A DNA stretch of 64,000 nucleotides from Anaeramoeba ignava BMAN (Eukaryota; Protista; Anaeramoebae): contig JAPDFW010000088.1 of NCBI GenBank assembly GCA_028826165.1, positions 186,001-250,000 on the forward strand, read 5' to 3'. The first letter of the stretch is position 1. The number at the start of each line of letters is the position of its first letter. The translations under genes were made by a program, and so were the position numbers. The notes under the pieces are model-generated. The model worked only from the letters and a program-made list of their open reading frames with translations. It ran no database searches and was not told where the DNA came from. Positions 12,801 through 26,899 of the stretch are shown one piece after another.

Positions 12801-15800
12801 TGAAATTTTCACAAAGTTGTTTTAAAATTTGTTTACGTTTTAAAATAAGTTGAGAATCATTAGATTTGTCTTCTGGTTTTGGATCATAAAGATCAGTAGT
12901 TAATCCAAGTGCAAATTTGAGAATTTCAATTTTTTTTAATGAAGGAATCTTTTCTTCTTTTTCTTTTAAAAAGTCAAAACATTCTTTAATTCGTTTTAAT
13001 GCCCATTTTAATGTTTTATTATAGAAATCTGTATCTATTTTAGTATCTGAAGTGTTTTCTATTTCAGATTTTTCATAGAATTGACCATCAATTTTTATAG
13101 GTTGTTTAATTAAATGAGTTATATTTTTAGTATTTTGGTATTCGCGCTTTATAAAAGTGAGTTTTTGAGCCACTTCTTCAGTTTCATCTTTCTTTGTGAG
13201 ATCCATACTAATTGATAAAAGGTTTAAATTTTTACGTTGATGAGATTTTCTCGGTTCTTTTTTTACATCCAAAAATCTTCGAATATTTGTATTGTGTCGT
13301 TTTAGTTTTGAGGGTTTTGGTAATTTTGTGAGATCCATACTAATTGAAAAATGGTTTAAATTTTTACGTTTGTGATATTTTGTCGGTTCTTTTTTTACAT
13401 CAAAAAACCTTGGAATAGTTGGATTGTTTGATTTTATTTCTGATTCTTTTTTTTTTGATTTTGGTTTTATTTCTGGTTCTTTTGATCCTAATATTTTTTG
13501 ATTTGTTGTTTTTGGTTGTGCTGATTTTGGTTCTTTTGATATTTTTGATTCTATATCCGAGTCTGATTCTGTTGTTATTGTTAATTCTTCTTTTGATTCT
13601 TCTTTTGATTCTTCTTGTGTATCTTCAAAAAGAAAACTATATTGAAATTTAAAGCATCCAAAGAAAGTATTTTCAAAATCTCCAAAGCATTTCAAAATTT
13701 CATTTTTGGATAAAAGACAAAATGATTTTGAAATCTTCAAGTTTCACACCTTCTTCTTGTTCTTTTTAGTTATTGGTAATTCTTGAAATATTTCATGAAC
13801 TTTAGATATTATATTTTTCATTAATTAATTCTTTGATTTGAAATTCAATTTTATTTATTTCATTTGAAGATAAATTGCTTATATCTTTTCTTGTTTTTGT
13901 AAGAAAGCCAAAATTGTAAAAATGTAACATTTAAAATTTGTTCGAAAGCTTCATATAATTCATTTTCTTCAAGAAGTTCATTATGATTACTTTTTTTTAT
14001 TTTAAATTTTTAATTATTAATTAATTTTATTTTAATTTTTTTTGGATTTTTGAAATAATAATTTACGTATCATAAATCTCAAAAAATTTTACTGCTTTTT
14101 CTCTAATTGATGTTTTTTTAAAGTTATTCAAAGCTTCAATTAAAGTTATTGATTTATTTTCATATTGTTTATCATTTCTAATTTTTAATTTGAAAAATAT
14201 AAAAATAAATATAAATATAAATATAAATATAAATATAAATATAAATATAAATATAAATATAAATATAAATATAAATATAAATATAATTATAAATATAATT
14301 ATAAACATAAATATAAATATAAAAATAAAAATAAAAATAAAAATATAAATATAAATATAAATATAAATATAAATATAAATATAAATATAAATATAAATAT
14401 AAAAATAAAAATAAAAATAAAAATATAAATATAAATATAAATATAAATATAAATATAAATATAAATATAATTATAAATATAAATATAAAATATAAATATA
14501 AATATAAATATAAATATAAATATAAATATATAAATATAAATATAAATATAAATATAAATATAAATATAAATATAAATATAAATATAAATATAAATATAAT
14601 TATAAACATTTTTGAAATATAAATATAAATATAAATATAAATATAAATATAAATATAAATATAAATATAATTATAAATATAAATATAAATATAAATATAA
14701 ATATAATTATAATTATTTGAAATATAAATATAAATATAATTATAATTATAATTATTTGAAATATAAATATAAATATAAATATAATTATTTGAAATATAAA
14801 TAACAAACAATCCAAATATATCTGAAACTGTTGTGAGTCTTTTATCATTCAAACAAAACATTTTTTGGATATTATTAATAATTGATGATTGATATTTTGG
14901 TTTCTAATTTAAGAAATATTTTCATTTTTTAAAAAATATAAAAAATAAAATAAAAGAAATAAATTTAGATAAATAAATGAATGAATGAATTTTAAATTGA
15001 TAATTCTAATTTTACTGAATATATTATATTTTTGGAATCTAGGATATTAGGTTGATTATTCTTTTGATCTTCATTTTCATTTTGATTCTCATTTTGATTC
15101 TCATTTTGATTCTCATTTTCATTTTCATTTTTATTTTCATTTTTATTTTCATTTTGATTTTGATTTTCATTTTCATTTTCATTTTCATTTTTATTTTCAT
15201 TTTTAATTTGATTTTTAATTTGATTTTCATTTTCATTTTCATTTTCATTTTCATTTTTATTTTCATTTTGATTTTCATTTTCATTTTCATTTTCATTTTC
15301 ATTTTCATTTTGATTTTCATTTTCATTTTTATTTTGATTTTCATTTTCATTTTTATTTTCATTTTTATTTTTATTTTTATTTTCATTTTCATTTTCATTT
15401 TCATTTTCATTTTCATTTTCATTTTCATTTTCATTTTCATTTTCATTTTCATTTTGATTTTCATTTTTATTTTCATTTTCATTTTCATTTTCATTTTCAT
15501 TTTCATTTTCATTTTCATTTTCATTTTCATTTTCATTTTCATTTTCATTTTCATTTTGATTTTGCATTAAATTTTGAATTTGATTTTGAATTTGATTTTC
15601 ATTTTGATTTTGAGTTTGTATTAAATTTTGATTTTGCATTAAATTTTGAATTTGATTTTGATTTTGAGTTTGAGTTTGTATATTTATTATAATATTTTGT
15701 GAAATTGGTTGAATAATTTGATTTGGAGATTGAGTAGAGCTGATTGTTTTTTTGAATTCTTGAAATTCTACCCTGTGTTTAATAGTAAATTCTAAATTAA

Positions 15801-16709
15801 GATCTTGTTCTGATTGATCTAATAAGTTGTTTTGTTCTTCAATATCATCAAGAAACCCAGAAGAGTATGTTAATCTTGCAAATACTCCTTTTTTAGCATA
15901 TTTACTTACAGTTAAAAATAATCCTTTCAATATTTCCAAAAAATTTTTTAAATTAATAAATTTTTGATTTTGATTTTGAATTTGATTTTGATTTTGATTT
16001 TGATTTTGATTTTGGTTTTGATTTTGAATTTGATTTTGATTTTGAATTTGATTTTGATTATTTTCAAGTTTTTCATTTTCATTTTCAAGTTTTGTAATTT
16101 GATCTCCAATTAAAAATTCATAAAAAACACTTATAATAATTTGATAGTAATTTTTTTGTTTTTCTTTTTGTTTTTCTTGTTCTTTTTCTTGTTTTTTTTT
16201 TTGTTTTTTTGTTAAGTTTTGATTTAAATTCATTTCTTTTTCTTCTTCTTTTTTTTGATTTTGAATTAATATATCAAGATAAGCTTTTTTAAAACTTATT
16301 TGGAAAAATTTGAATTTTGTTTGAACTAATTCTCTTTTTTTATTATTTGAACTGGTTTTATTCATTTCTTCTTGTAAGTTATTGCAATTTATTTTAAAAC
16401 GATATTTTTGGAGTTCACTTAATTCTGCTTGTGGAATTATTTGCATTTGAGGAAATACTATTATTTTTTTTTTAATAAACAAAATTAATTAAAATAAAAA
16501 CAAAAAAAAAATTAAATAAAAAAATTTTTTTTCCTTTTTTTTCCTTTTTTTTTTTGCTTTTTTTTTTTACAGAATTGTATTGTTTTTGTTAATCTATCTA
16601 TTCTTCCAAGAACTTGAATAACTATTTTTCCTGCTTTTGCTTTGTTATCAAATTGTTCTTTAAACCATTTTATTCCATCGATAACAAATCCAATTAAATC
16701 TGTTGCCAT
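9873..16709 (-). CDS. Long paralog B1: MLKL-like four-helix bundle, Q/N/E linker, EF-hand domain, U-box-like motif, helical region, pseudokinase, PARP-like domain
   Basis: Predicted exons 16709-16571, 16457-15016, 14903-14809, 14177-14067 and 13989-9873; the last has homopolymer frameshifts near 13750-13920 and 11260-11290. Motifs: EF-hand [21 protein letters not shown]; [22 protein letters not shown]...NKTLK; GTLKDYI...[14 protein letters not shown] without HRD or DFG; NECYLFSG...AHEYS...IYRVCLG...QYFVF...YPEYEIKY. Confidence 0.7.
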
Positions 16710-17926
16710 TTTTATTCAACTTTTTTATTTTTATTTTGTTTTTTTTTTGTGTGTTTGTGTTTTTCTTCAAATTAACCAATAAAAAAAAAATAAAATAAAC
16801 AACAAAAAAAAAATAAAAATAAAAAGAAAAAAATGAAAAAGAAAAGTGGATCTTTAAAATAAATTTTATTTTATTTTTCCTCTTTTTTTCCTTTTTTTCC
16901 TCTTTCAATAAAAGGGATAAAACCTCAATTCCAATTTTAATTTCACTTAAAAATAAAAAATTAAAATAAATATTAAAATAAATAATAAAATAAATATTAA
17001 AATAAATATTAAAATAAATATTAAAACAAATAATAAATTAAATATTAAAATAAATATTAAAATAAATATTAAAATAAATATTAAAAATAAAATAAATATT
17101 ATATATTAAATATTAAAATAAATATTAAAATAAATATTCAATTTAATATTAAAAATAAATATTAAAATAAATATTCAATTTAATATTAAAATAAATATTA
17201 AAATAAATATTAAAATAAATATTAAAATAAATATTGAATCAAAATATTTAAAATAAATATTAAAATAAATATTAAATTAAATATTAAATTAAATATTAAA
17301 ATAAATATTAAAATAAATATTGAAATAAATATTAAAATAAATATTATAATAAAAATATTAAAATAAATAAATTTAAATATTAAATTAAATATTAAAATAA
17401 ATATTAATTTAAATATTAAAATAAATATTAAAATAAATATTAAAATAAATATTAAATTAAATATTAAAAATAAATATTAAATTAAATATTAAAATAAATA
17501 TTAATTTAAATATTAAAAATAAATATTAAAATAAATATTAAAATAAAAATTAAATTAAATATTAAAATAAATATTAAAATAAATATCAAAAATAAATATT
17601 AAAATTAAATATTAAATTAAATATTAAAATAAATATTAAAATAAAATATTAAAATAAATATTAAAATAAATATTAAAATAAATATTATAATAAATATTAA
17701 AATAAATATTAAAATAAATATTAAATTAAATAATAAAATAAATATTAAGTTGTTTTTCCAATTTGGTATGTAAAAGGATTGTTTAAAGGAAATAAAAGAA
17801 ATAATAGGTTGTTTCTGTATTTGTTTTTAATGAAATAAAACTTAAATTTTCATAAAACAATCAATTAAAAAAAAAGAAAGAAAATAAGAAAAGGGTTTTG
17901 TTTGTTTGTTTGTTTGTTTGTTTTTC

Positions 17927-20346
17927 TTAAACATTTCTTCTTGATTGAAAACAAGACTATTGATTAAAAATTAAAAATAAAATCAAAATAACAAAATTAA
18001 ATTAATAAAATATTAAAGAATTTGTTTTTTTGAAATGAAAAAAAAATATTGAAACTTACTTTATCAGAATTAAATATAAATTCGAAAAAATCTTCAATTT
18101 CTTTCATACACATTTCAGGTTTTTCTTTTTGAATAAAACAATCAAACATATTTTGTTGCAGTTCAGAATATTTTTGAGGAAATTTTTCTCTTTAAATTAA
18201 ATAATTTTAAATTAAATAATGTTAAATTAAATAATTTTAAATTAAATAATTTTGAAATTAAATAATTTTGAATAAATTTTAAATTAAATAAATTTTAAAT
18301 TAAATAAATTTTAAATTAAATAATTTTGAAATTAAATAATTTTGAATTAAATAATTGTGAATTAAATAATTTTAAATTAAATAATGTTAAATTAAATAAT
18401 TTTAAATTAAATAATGTTAAATTAAATAATTTTAAATTAAATAATTTTAAATTAAATAAATTTTAAATTAAATAAATTTTAAATTAAATAAATTTTAAAT
18501 TAAATAAATTTTAAATTAAATAATTTTAAATTAAATAAATTTTAAATTAAATAATTTTAAATTAAATAATTTTAAATTAAATAATTGTAAAATTAAATAA
18601 TTTTTAAATTAAATAATTTTTAAATTAAATAATTTTTAAATTAAATAAATTTGAATTAAATAATTTTTAAATTAAATAATTTTAAAATTAAATAATTTTG
18701 AATTAAATAATTGTGAATTAAATTAATTTTAAATTAAATAAATTTGAATTAAATAATTTTTAAATTAAATAATTTTGAATTAAATAATTGTAAATTAAAT
18801 AATTTTAAATTAAATAATTTTTGAATTAAATAATTTTTGAATTAAATAATTGTAAATTAAATAATTGTGAATTAAATAATTGTAAATTAAATAATTGTGA
18901 ATTAATGTTAAATTAAATAATTGTGAATTAATTTTAAATTAAATAATTTTGAATTAATTTTAAATTAAATAATTTTGAATTAAATAATTGTGAATTAATT
19001 TTAAATTAAATAATTTTTAAATTAAATAAATTTAAATTAAATAATTTTAAATTAAATAATTTTGAAATTAAATAATTTTGAATTAAATAATTTTTGAATT
19101 AAATAATTGTGAATAAATTTGAATTAAATAATTTTGAAATTAAATAATTTTTAAATTAAATAGTTTTGAATTAAATAATTTTAAATTAAATAATTTGAAA
19201 TTAAATAATTTTTGAAATTAAATAATTGTGAATTAAATAAATTTGAATTAAATAATTTTTAAATTAAATAATTTTAAATTAAATAATTTTGAATTAATTT
19301 TAAATTAAATAATTGTGAATTAAATTAATTTTTAAATTAAATAATTTTGAATAAATTTTTAAATTAAATAATTTTAAATTAAATAATTTTTAAATTAAAT
19401 AAATTTGAATTAAAATAATTTTGAATTAATTTTTAAATTAAATAATTTTAAATTAAATAATTTTGAAATTAAATAATTGTGAATTAAATTAATTTTTAAA
19501 TTAAATAATTTTGAATTAAATAGTTTTGATTTAAATAATTTTAAATTAAATAAATTTAAAATTAAATAAATTTAAATTAAATAATTTTAAAATTAAATAA
19601 TTTTAAATTAAATAATTTTGAATAAATTTTAAAATTAAATAATTTTAAATTAAATAATTTTAAATTAAATAATTTTAAATTAAATAATTTTGAATTAAAT
19701 TAATTGTAAATTAAATAAATTTAAATTAAATTAATTTTAAATTAAATAATTTTAAATTAAATAATTTTGAATTAAATAGTTTTTGAATTAAATAATTTTT
19801 AAATTAAATAATTTTTGAATTAAATAGTTTTGATTTAAATAATTTTGAATTAATTTTAAATTAAATAATTTTGAATTAAATAATTGTAAATTAAATAATT
19901 TTAAATTAAATAGTTTTGATTTAAATAATTTTAAATTAAATAGTTTTAAATTAAATAATTTTAAATTAAATAATTTTAAATTAAATAAATTTAAATTAAA
20001 TAATTTTAAATTAAATAAATTTAAATTAAATAATTTTAAATTAAATAATTTTAAATTAAATAATTTTGAATTAATTTTAAATTAAATAATTGTTTTTTAC
20101 CGAAAAATTTTTTCAATGGATATTTTTGGAATTTTGTTATAATCAACTTCTTGTATGTTATTAAAATTATTTGTAATCATTTCAACAAATTCTTTTGTCA
20201 TCTTAAATTTAAAAATAAATGGTAAATAAACGAATAATTAGATAAAAATTAGATAGATTTAAAATAGAAAATTAAAATACAGAAATTTGAAAAGGGTTTT
20301 CTTGAATATTTTCATAAGAAAATAATGATGATTGATTTGCTCCCAT
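17927..20346 (-). CDS. Small protein with an N-myristoylation motif and Cx9C; Mic19/CHCHD3-like (~108 aa)
   Basis: Exons 20346-20281, 20201-20101, 18189-18060 and probably 17956-17927 splice in frame to MGANQSSLFSYENIQENPFQISMTKEFVEMI...KYSELQQNMFDCFIQKEKPEMCMKEIEDFFEFIFNSDK. Absent from the ORF track because the exons are short. Confidence 0.6.
18191..20095. repeat. Intronic ~17-nt tandem repeat (AAATTAAATAATTTT), about 1.9 kb
   Basis: Visible degenerate tandem array inside intron 2 of the Mic19-like gene. Confidence 0.9.
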
Positions 20347-20553
20347 TCAAATTAAAAAAAAAAAATGAAAAAAAAAAAAATGAAAAAAAAAAATGAAAAA
20401 TAAAATTTAAATAAAAAAGAGGAAAAATAAAAATAAAAATTTAAATAAAAAAGAGGAAAAATAAATTTATTTAAAAATCCACTTTTCTTTTTTAATTCTT
20501 TTTTTTAATTCTTTTTAATTTTTTTTTTCATTTTTCTTTTTTTAAAATTAAAA

Positions 20554-23500
20554 ATGGCAACAGATTTAATTGGATTTGTTGTCGATGGAATAAAATGGTT
20601 TAAAGAACAATTTGATAATAAAGCAAAAGCAGGAAAAATAGTTATTCAAGTTCTTGGAAGAATAGATAGATTAACAAAAACAATACAATTCTGTAAAAAA
20701 AAAAGCAAAAAAAAAAAGGAAAAAAAAGGAAAAAAAATTTTTTTATTTAATTTTTTTTTTTGTTTTTATTTTAATTAATTTTGTTTATTAAAAAAAAATA
20801 ATAGTATTTCCTCAAATGAAAATAATTCCACAAGCGAAATCAATCGATAAAGATGATTTTAAAACAAATTGCGATAACTTACAAAAAGAAATGAATAAAA
20901 CCAGTTTAAATAATAAAAAAAGAGAATTAGTTCAAGAAAAATTCAAAGATATCGAAATAAGTTCGAAAAAAGCTTATCTTGATATATTAATTCAAAATCA
21001 AAAGCAAGAACAACAAATAAATTTAAATCAAAACTTATCAAAAAAACAAGAAAAAGAACAAGAAAAACAAAAAAATTACTATCAAATTATTATAAGTGTT
21101 TTTTATGAATTTTTAATTGAAGATCAAATTAAAAAACTTGAAAATGAAAATGAAAAACTTGAAAATAATGAAAATCAAAACAAAAAATTTATTAATTTAA
21201 CAACTTTCTTGGAAATATTGAAAGGATTATTTTTAACTGTAAGTAAATATGCTAAAAAAGGTGTATTTGCAAGATTAACATCCTCTTCTGGGTTTCTTGA
21301 AGATATTGAAGAACAAAACAACTTATTAGATCAATCAGAACATGATCTTAATTTAGAAGTTACTATTAAACAGAGGGTAGAATTACAAGAATTCAAAAAA
21401 ATACTCGAATCTACTCAATATTCAAACCAAAACATTCAACCAATTTCACAAAATATTATAATAAATATACAAAATCAAAATCAAAATCAAAATCAAAATC
21501 AAAATCAAAATCAAAATCAAAATCAAAATCAAAATCAAAATCAAAATCAAAATCAAAATCAAAATCAAAATCAAAATCAAAATCAAAATCAAAATCAAAA
21601 TCAAAATCAAATTAAAAATCAAAATCAAATTAAAAATCAAATTAAAAATCAAAATCAAATTAAAAATAAAAATAAAAATAAAAATAAAATTAAAAATGAA
21701 AATCAAAATAAAAATCAAAATAAAAATGAAAATGAAAATAAAATTAAAAATGAAAATGAAAATCAAAATGAAAATGAAAATGAAAATAAAAATGAAAATC
21801 AAAATGAAAATAAAAATGAAAATAAAATTAAAAACGAGAATCAAAATGAAAATGAAAATCAAAAGAATAATCAACCTAATATCCTAGATTCCGAAAAAAC
21901 ATATTCAGTAAAATTAGAATTATCAATTTAAAATTCATTCATTCATTTATTTATCTAAATTTATTTCTTTTATTTTATTTTATTTTATTTTTTAAAAAAT
22001 GAAAATATTTCTTAAATTAGAAACCAAAATATCAATCATCAATTATTAATACTATCCAAAAAATGTTTTGTTTGAATGATAAAAGACTCACAACAGTTTC
22101 AGATATATTTGGATTGTTTGTTATTTATATTTCAAATAATTATATTTATATTTATATTTATATTTATATTTATATTTATATTTATATTTATATTTATATT
22201 TATATTTTTATTTAAATATTGATATTTATATTTATATTTATAATTATATTTATATTTATATTTATATTTATATTAATATTTATATTTATATTTTTATATT
22301 TATATTTATATTTATATTTATATTTATATTTATATTTATATTTATATTTTATATTTATATTTATATTTATATTTATATTTATATTTATATTTATTTATAT
22401 TTATATTTATATTTATATTTATATTTATATTTATATTTATATTTATATTTATGTTATATTTATATTTTTATATTTATATTTATATTTATATTTATATTTA
22501 TATTTATATATTTATATTTATATTTATATTTATATTTATATTTATTTATATTTATATTTATATTTATATTTATATTTATATTTATATTTATATTTTATAT
22601 TTATATTTATATTTATATTTTATATTTTTGATTTATATTTATATTTATATTTATATTTTATTTTTCAAATTAAAAATTAGAAATGATAAACAATATGAAA
22701 ATAAATCAATAACTTTAATTGAAGCTTTGAATAACTTTAAAAAAACATCAATTAGAGAAAAAGCAGTAAAATTTTTAAGATTTTTTTGATACGTAAATTA
22801 TTATTTCAGAAATCCAAAAATTAAAATAAAATTAATTAATAATTAAAAATTTAAAATAAAAAGTAATGATAATGAACTTCTTGAAGAAAATGAATTATAT
22901 GAAGCTTTCGAACAAATTTTAAATGTTGCATTTTTTTACAATTTTGGCTTTCTTACAAAAACAAGAAAAAGATATAAGCAATTTATCTTCAAATGAAATA
23001 AATAACATTGAATTTCAAATCAAAGAATTAATTAATGAACAAAATATAATATCTAAAGTTCATGAAATATTTCAAGGATTACCAATAACTAAAAAAGAAC
23101 AAGAAGGTGTGAAACTTGAAGATTTCAAAATCATTTTATCTTTTATCCAAAAATGAAATTTTGAAATATTTTGAGAATTTTGAAAAGTTTTTTTTTGAAC
23201 ACTTTAATCAAAAGAAGAATCAAGAATCAAAAGAAGTTTCTTTTGAAGAATCAAAATCAAAAAAAAAGAATCAAATAAAATCAAACAATCATTCAAATCT
23301 AAATTAACAACACAAAATATTCAACTTTCAACTTTTCAATTAGAATCAAAATCCTCAAAATTACCAAAACGAAACCAAAACAACAAAATTCAAATATTCC
23401 AAGGTTTTCTGACGGAAAAAAGAACCAAGAAAACCTTATCAACGTAAAAATTTAAACCTTTTATCAATTAGTATGGATCTCACAAAGAAAGATGAAACTG

Positions 23501-26500
23501 AAGAAGTGGTTCAAAAACTCACTTTTATAAAGCGCAAATACCAAAATACTACAAATATAACTCATTTAATTAAACAACCTATAAAAATTGATGGTCAATT
23601 CTATGAAAAATCTGAAATAGAAAACACTTCAGATACTAAAATAGATACTAAAATAGATACAGATTTCTATAATAAAACATTAAAATGGGCATTAAAACGA
23701 ATTGAAAAATGTTTTGAATTTTTAAAAGAAAAAGAAGAAAAGATTCCTTCATTAAAAAAAATTGAAATTCTCAAATTTGCACTTGGATTAACTACTGATC
23801 TTTATGATCCAAAACCAGAAGACAAATCTAATGATTCTCAACTTATTTTTAAAACGTAAACAAATTTTAAAACAACTTTGTGAAAATTTCAAATCAAAAT
23901 GATAAAATCGAAGAATCTAGACATAAATTATTACTTGCAAAATTATATAAAGATGAAAAAAAAATTGATAAAGATGAAAAAAATCTTTTAAAGTATTTAA
24001 TTTATTCAAATATGCTTTTGAAAATGTTGAATCTTTAAATGAAAAATTGAAGCATTGGAAAATATGATTGAAATAACCAATGATAAAGAACAAAAAGCCA
24101 CATATCTTTTATCATTAATTCATCTTTATTTTGATACTCAACCTCAAAAATCCAAAGAATTATTACAACATCCAATATTTAAAGGAGATGAAAACAATCC
24201 TAAATTTGGAAGAAGATGAAAATATTAAAAAGATTTAAGATATCAATATCTTATTTTATTACGTAATTATAATAAAAGTTATGAAGATGAAAAAACTTCA
24301 AAAGAATCATTTATCAAACTTAATGAATGGTGTCGTATTAATTATCCAGCTAAATATCAAGATTTAAACCCAAAACCAAAACCATCACAACAAAAATCAA
24401 AATATCCAAAAATTTAAGATTTTTAGAAACTAAAATTCAAAAATTGAAATTACACCCAAAAATATATTCAAACTCAGTAAATTCATCTCAACTAAAACTT
24501 ATTGAATTTTTTGATAAAATTCCACAAATTTTATCACCCAAAAATAATCTTGAAAATTTATATAATAGTTCTCAAATTCATTTTGATGAAATTATTCAAT
24601 TTGAAAAACCAAAATCATCATTATCAAAATCATCATTACCAAAATCATTATTATCCAAAAGAGAAAAGAAACCAAAATATTCAAAAAAGAAATACAAAAA
24701 TTTTGGAAAAAAATGGAAGATACAGCTCAATATGACGAACTTCATAAAAATTTCACAACACTTAGATATGCTACAAATCTTGAAGAAATTCACACAAAAT
24801 TAAATAAATTAGAAAAATTATATTTATATTTAAAAGATCCAAAAAAAAATCTTAAAATAGAACAAATAAGAGAATTAGTTAATTTTATTTATCAAGAAAT
24901 TGGAGAAATTTCAATTAAATTCAAACAATTTCATCAAATTTCAAAACCAACTAATTTAATAGAATATAACGAACAAACAAATCCAAAAAGACAATTCATA
25001 CAAATTCAAATAATTCGAAGATTTATCAATTCAATTAATTTACTTAAAAAACTCGAAATATTAAATTCCGAAGATCCAGATCAACTTAAGAAATTTCTTT
25101 CAAATAAAAAATTTCATAAAATTATTCGAGATCATATTTCTGAAATGAATCAAATCAATAAATATTCAGATTGGGAAGATTTTATTCTATTTAGTTTATT
25201 CTATAAATATAAAGAATTAACCGAAAATGAAAAAAATCAAGAAACGAAATTATCAACCAGAATCAAAGAATTAGGAAATGAAATTATCAACTTTTTTTAT
25301 GAAACAAATCAAAAAAAAGAAATTAAAAAATCAAATATACAAAATATAATGAAGAAATTTAAAATGAATGAATCAATCAAAGAAATAATTAATACTAAAA
25401 TATTAAAAGAAGATAAAGCATATTCACCAATTCCTTATTATAATAAAATTGAAAAATATTTTTATATGAAAATTAACAAAAACAAAATGTTACCTTATAT
25501 TGAATTAAATCAATCCTCAATCGGAAAATTGAAATGTTATTATGAAGTAGAAGAAGATAAACAACATAAAAGTTATATCATTCGATTCAAAAATAAATAT
25601 GAAGGAACACTCAAAGATTACATTTCATCACCAAATTTTTCATATTTACAATTTATTGAATTTATTAAACAATTACTTCTTGGAATTCATTATCTTCATT
25701 CCAAAAATTTATTTTTCTCAGATAATTTACAAACAATACCACTTTCTTCAATTCTCATTTCAACAAAAAGAAATAATGCAATTTTCACACAACTTTTTTT
25801 CAAAGAAGAAAAATTTGTTTATATTGGTGATGCTATTAAAGAAACCCAAGGATTAGTTAATCAAGATATGAACAAATTTCTCAAAATTTTCCAAGATACA
25901 AAATTAAATGAATTGAGAGAAATATTATTTCCTGAAGAAGAATATAACAAACTTAAAAAACAAAAAAAAGAATATTCTTTAACACCTTTAAGATTATTAG
26001 AATTTTCATTTTTTCATGAATATTCTCCAATCCCAAAAAGTTTCGAATTAAGAATCGAATCCATACTTCCACGTTTTAAACGAATTTGTTATGGACAAAA
26101 TGTTTACATTTATGATGATACTTATGATAAAATCAGGAAATTAATAGATTTATCATATTGTTCAACAGAAACATTTATTACACCAAATATTGATATTATT
26201 GAAGTTAAACAAAACAAAGATATTACACTTTATTCACTTTATTCAAGATATAAAAAACAAGTATTTTCAACAAGAGATATAATACAAAAAGATGAAATTA
26301 TTCAATTAAAAACAACAGATAAATTAGATTTAAACAGTATTAATGAATGTTACTTATTTTCAGGAAAAAGATTTGATTCATGTTCAGTAATTGAAGGAAT
26401 TTTAAATGAACAATTACCAGAATTTAAAAATTTCAATATTCCCAATTCTAAACATTTTTTTGAAAATTTCCCTATTGCTCATGAATATTCAACAGTTGAT

Positions 26501-26731
26501 ATTGAAAGTGGACTTCATACTATTTATATTTATCGAGTTTGTTTAGGAAGATTTTATCGAATGAATCAAAACGAAAAATTTGATTATGAAAAAATGAAAA
26601 ACTATAATTCAATTATTATTGAAGTTTCTAACAAAGAAATGAAATCAAGATACACACAATATTTCGTTTTTGAACAATTTTCATATTATCCAGAATATGA
26701 AATTAAATATCGATTACATAACATCAGATAA
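20554..26731 (+). CDS. Long paralog B2, same architecture as B1; several homopolymer frameshifts
   Basis: Predicted exons 20554-20692, 20805-21907, 22021-22115, 22681-22792 and 22864-26731. ORF 24713-26731 joins the helical region to the pseudokinase and PARP-like domains in one frame. Confidence 0.68.
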
Positions 26732-26899
26732 TTTTTTTCAATTCTTTTTTTTTCAATTCTTTTCTTTTTTTTTTCAATTCTTTTCAATTCAATTCTTTTT
26801 TTTTCAATTCAATTCTTTTTTTTCAATTCTTTTTTTTCAATTCTTTTCAATAATTCAAAAAAAAAAACAAAACAAATTTTTTTATTAATTTATTTATTA

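Noticed and set aside
16960-17750. AT-only array in the palindrome spacer as a centromere or replication origin
   Set aside because: It is indistinguishable from the many other TATTAAAATAAA-type expansions in the window; nothing specific supports a function.
22864-24720. B2 and A2 as pseudogenes
   Set aside because: Nearly all breaks are 1-nt changes in homopolymers, and the same kind of break occurs in conserved genes (RPC2, CWF19L1, hyccin). Pseudogene status cannot be called without reads.
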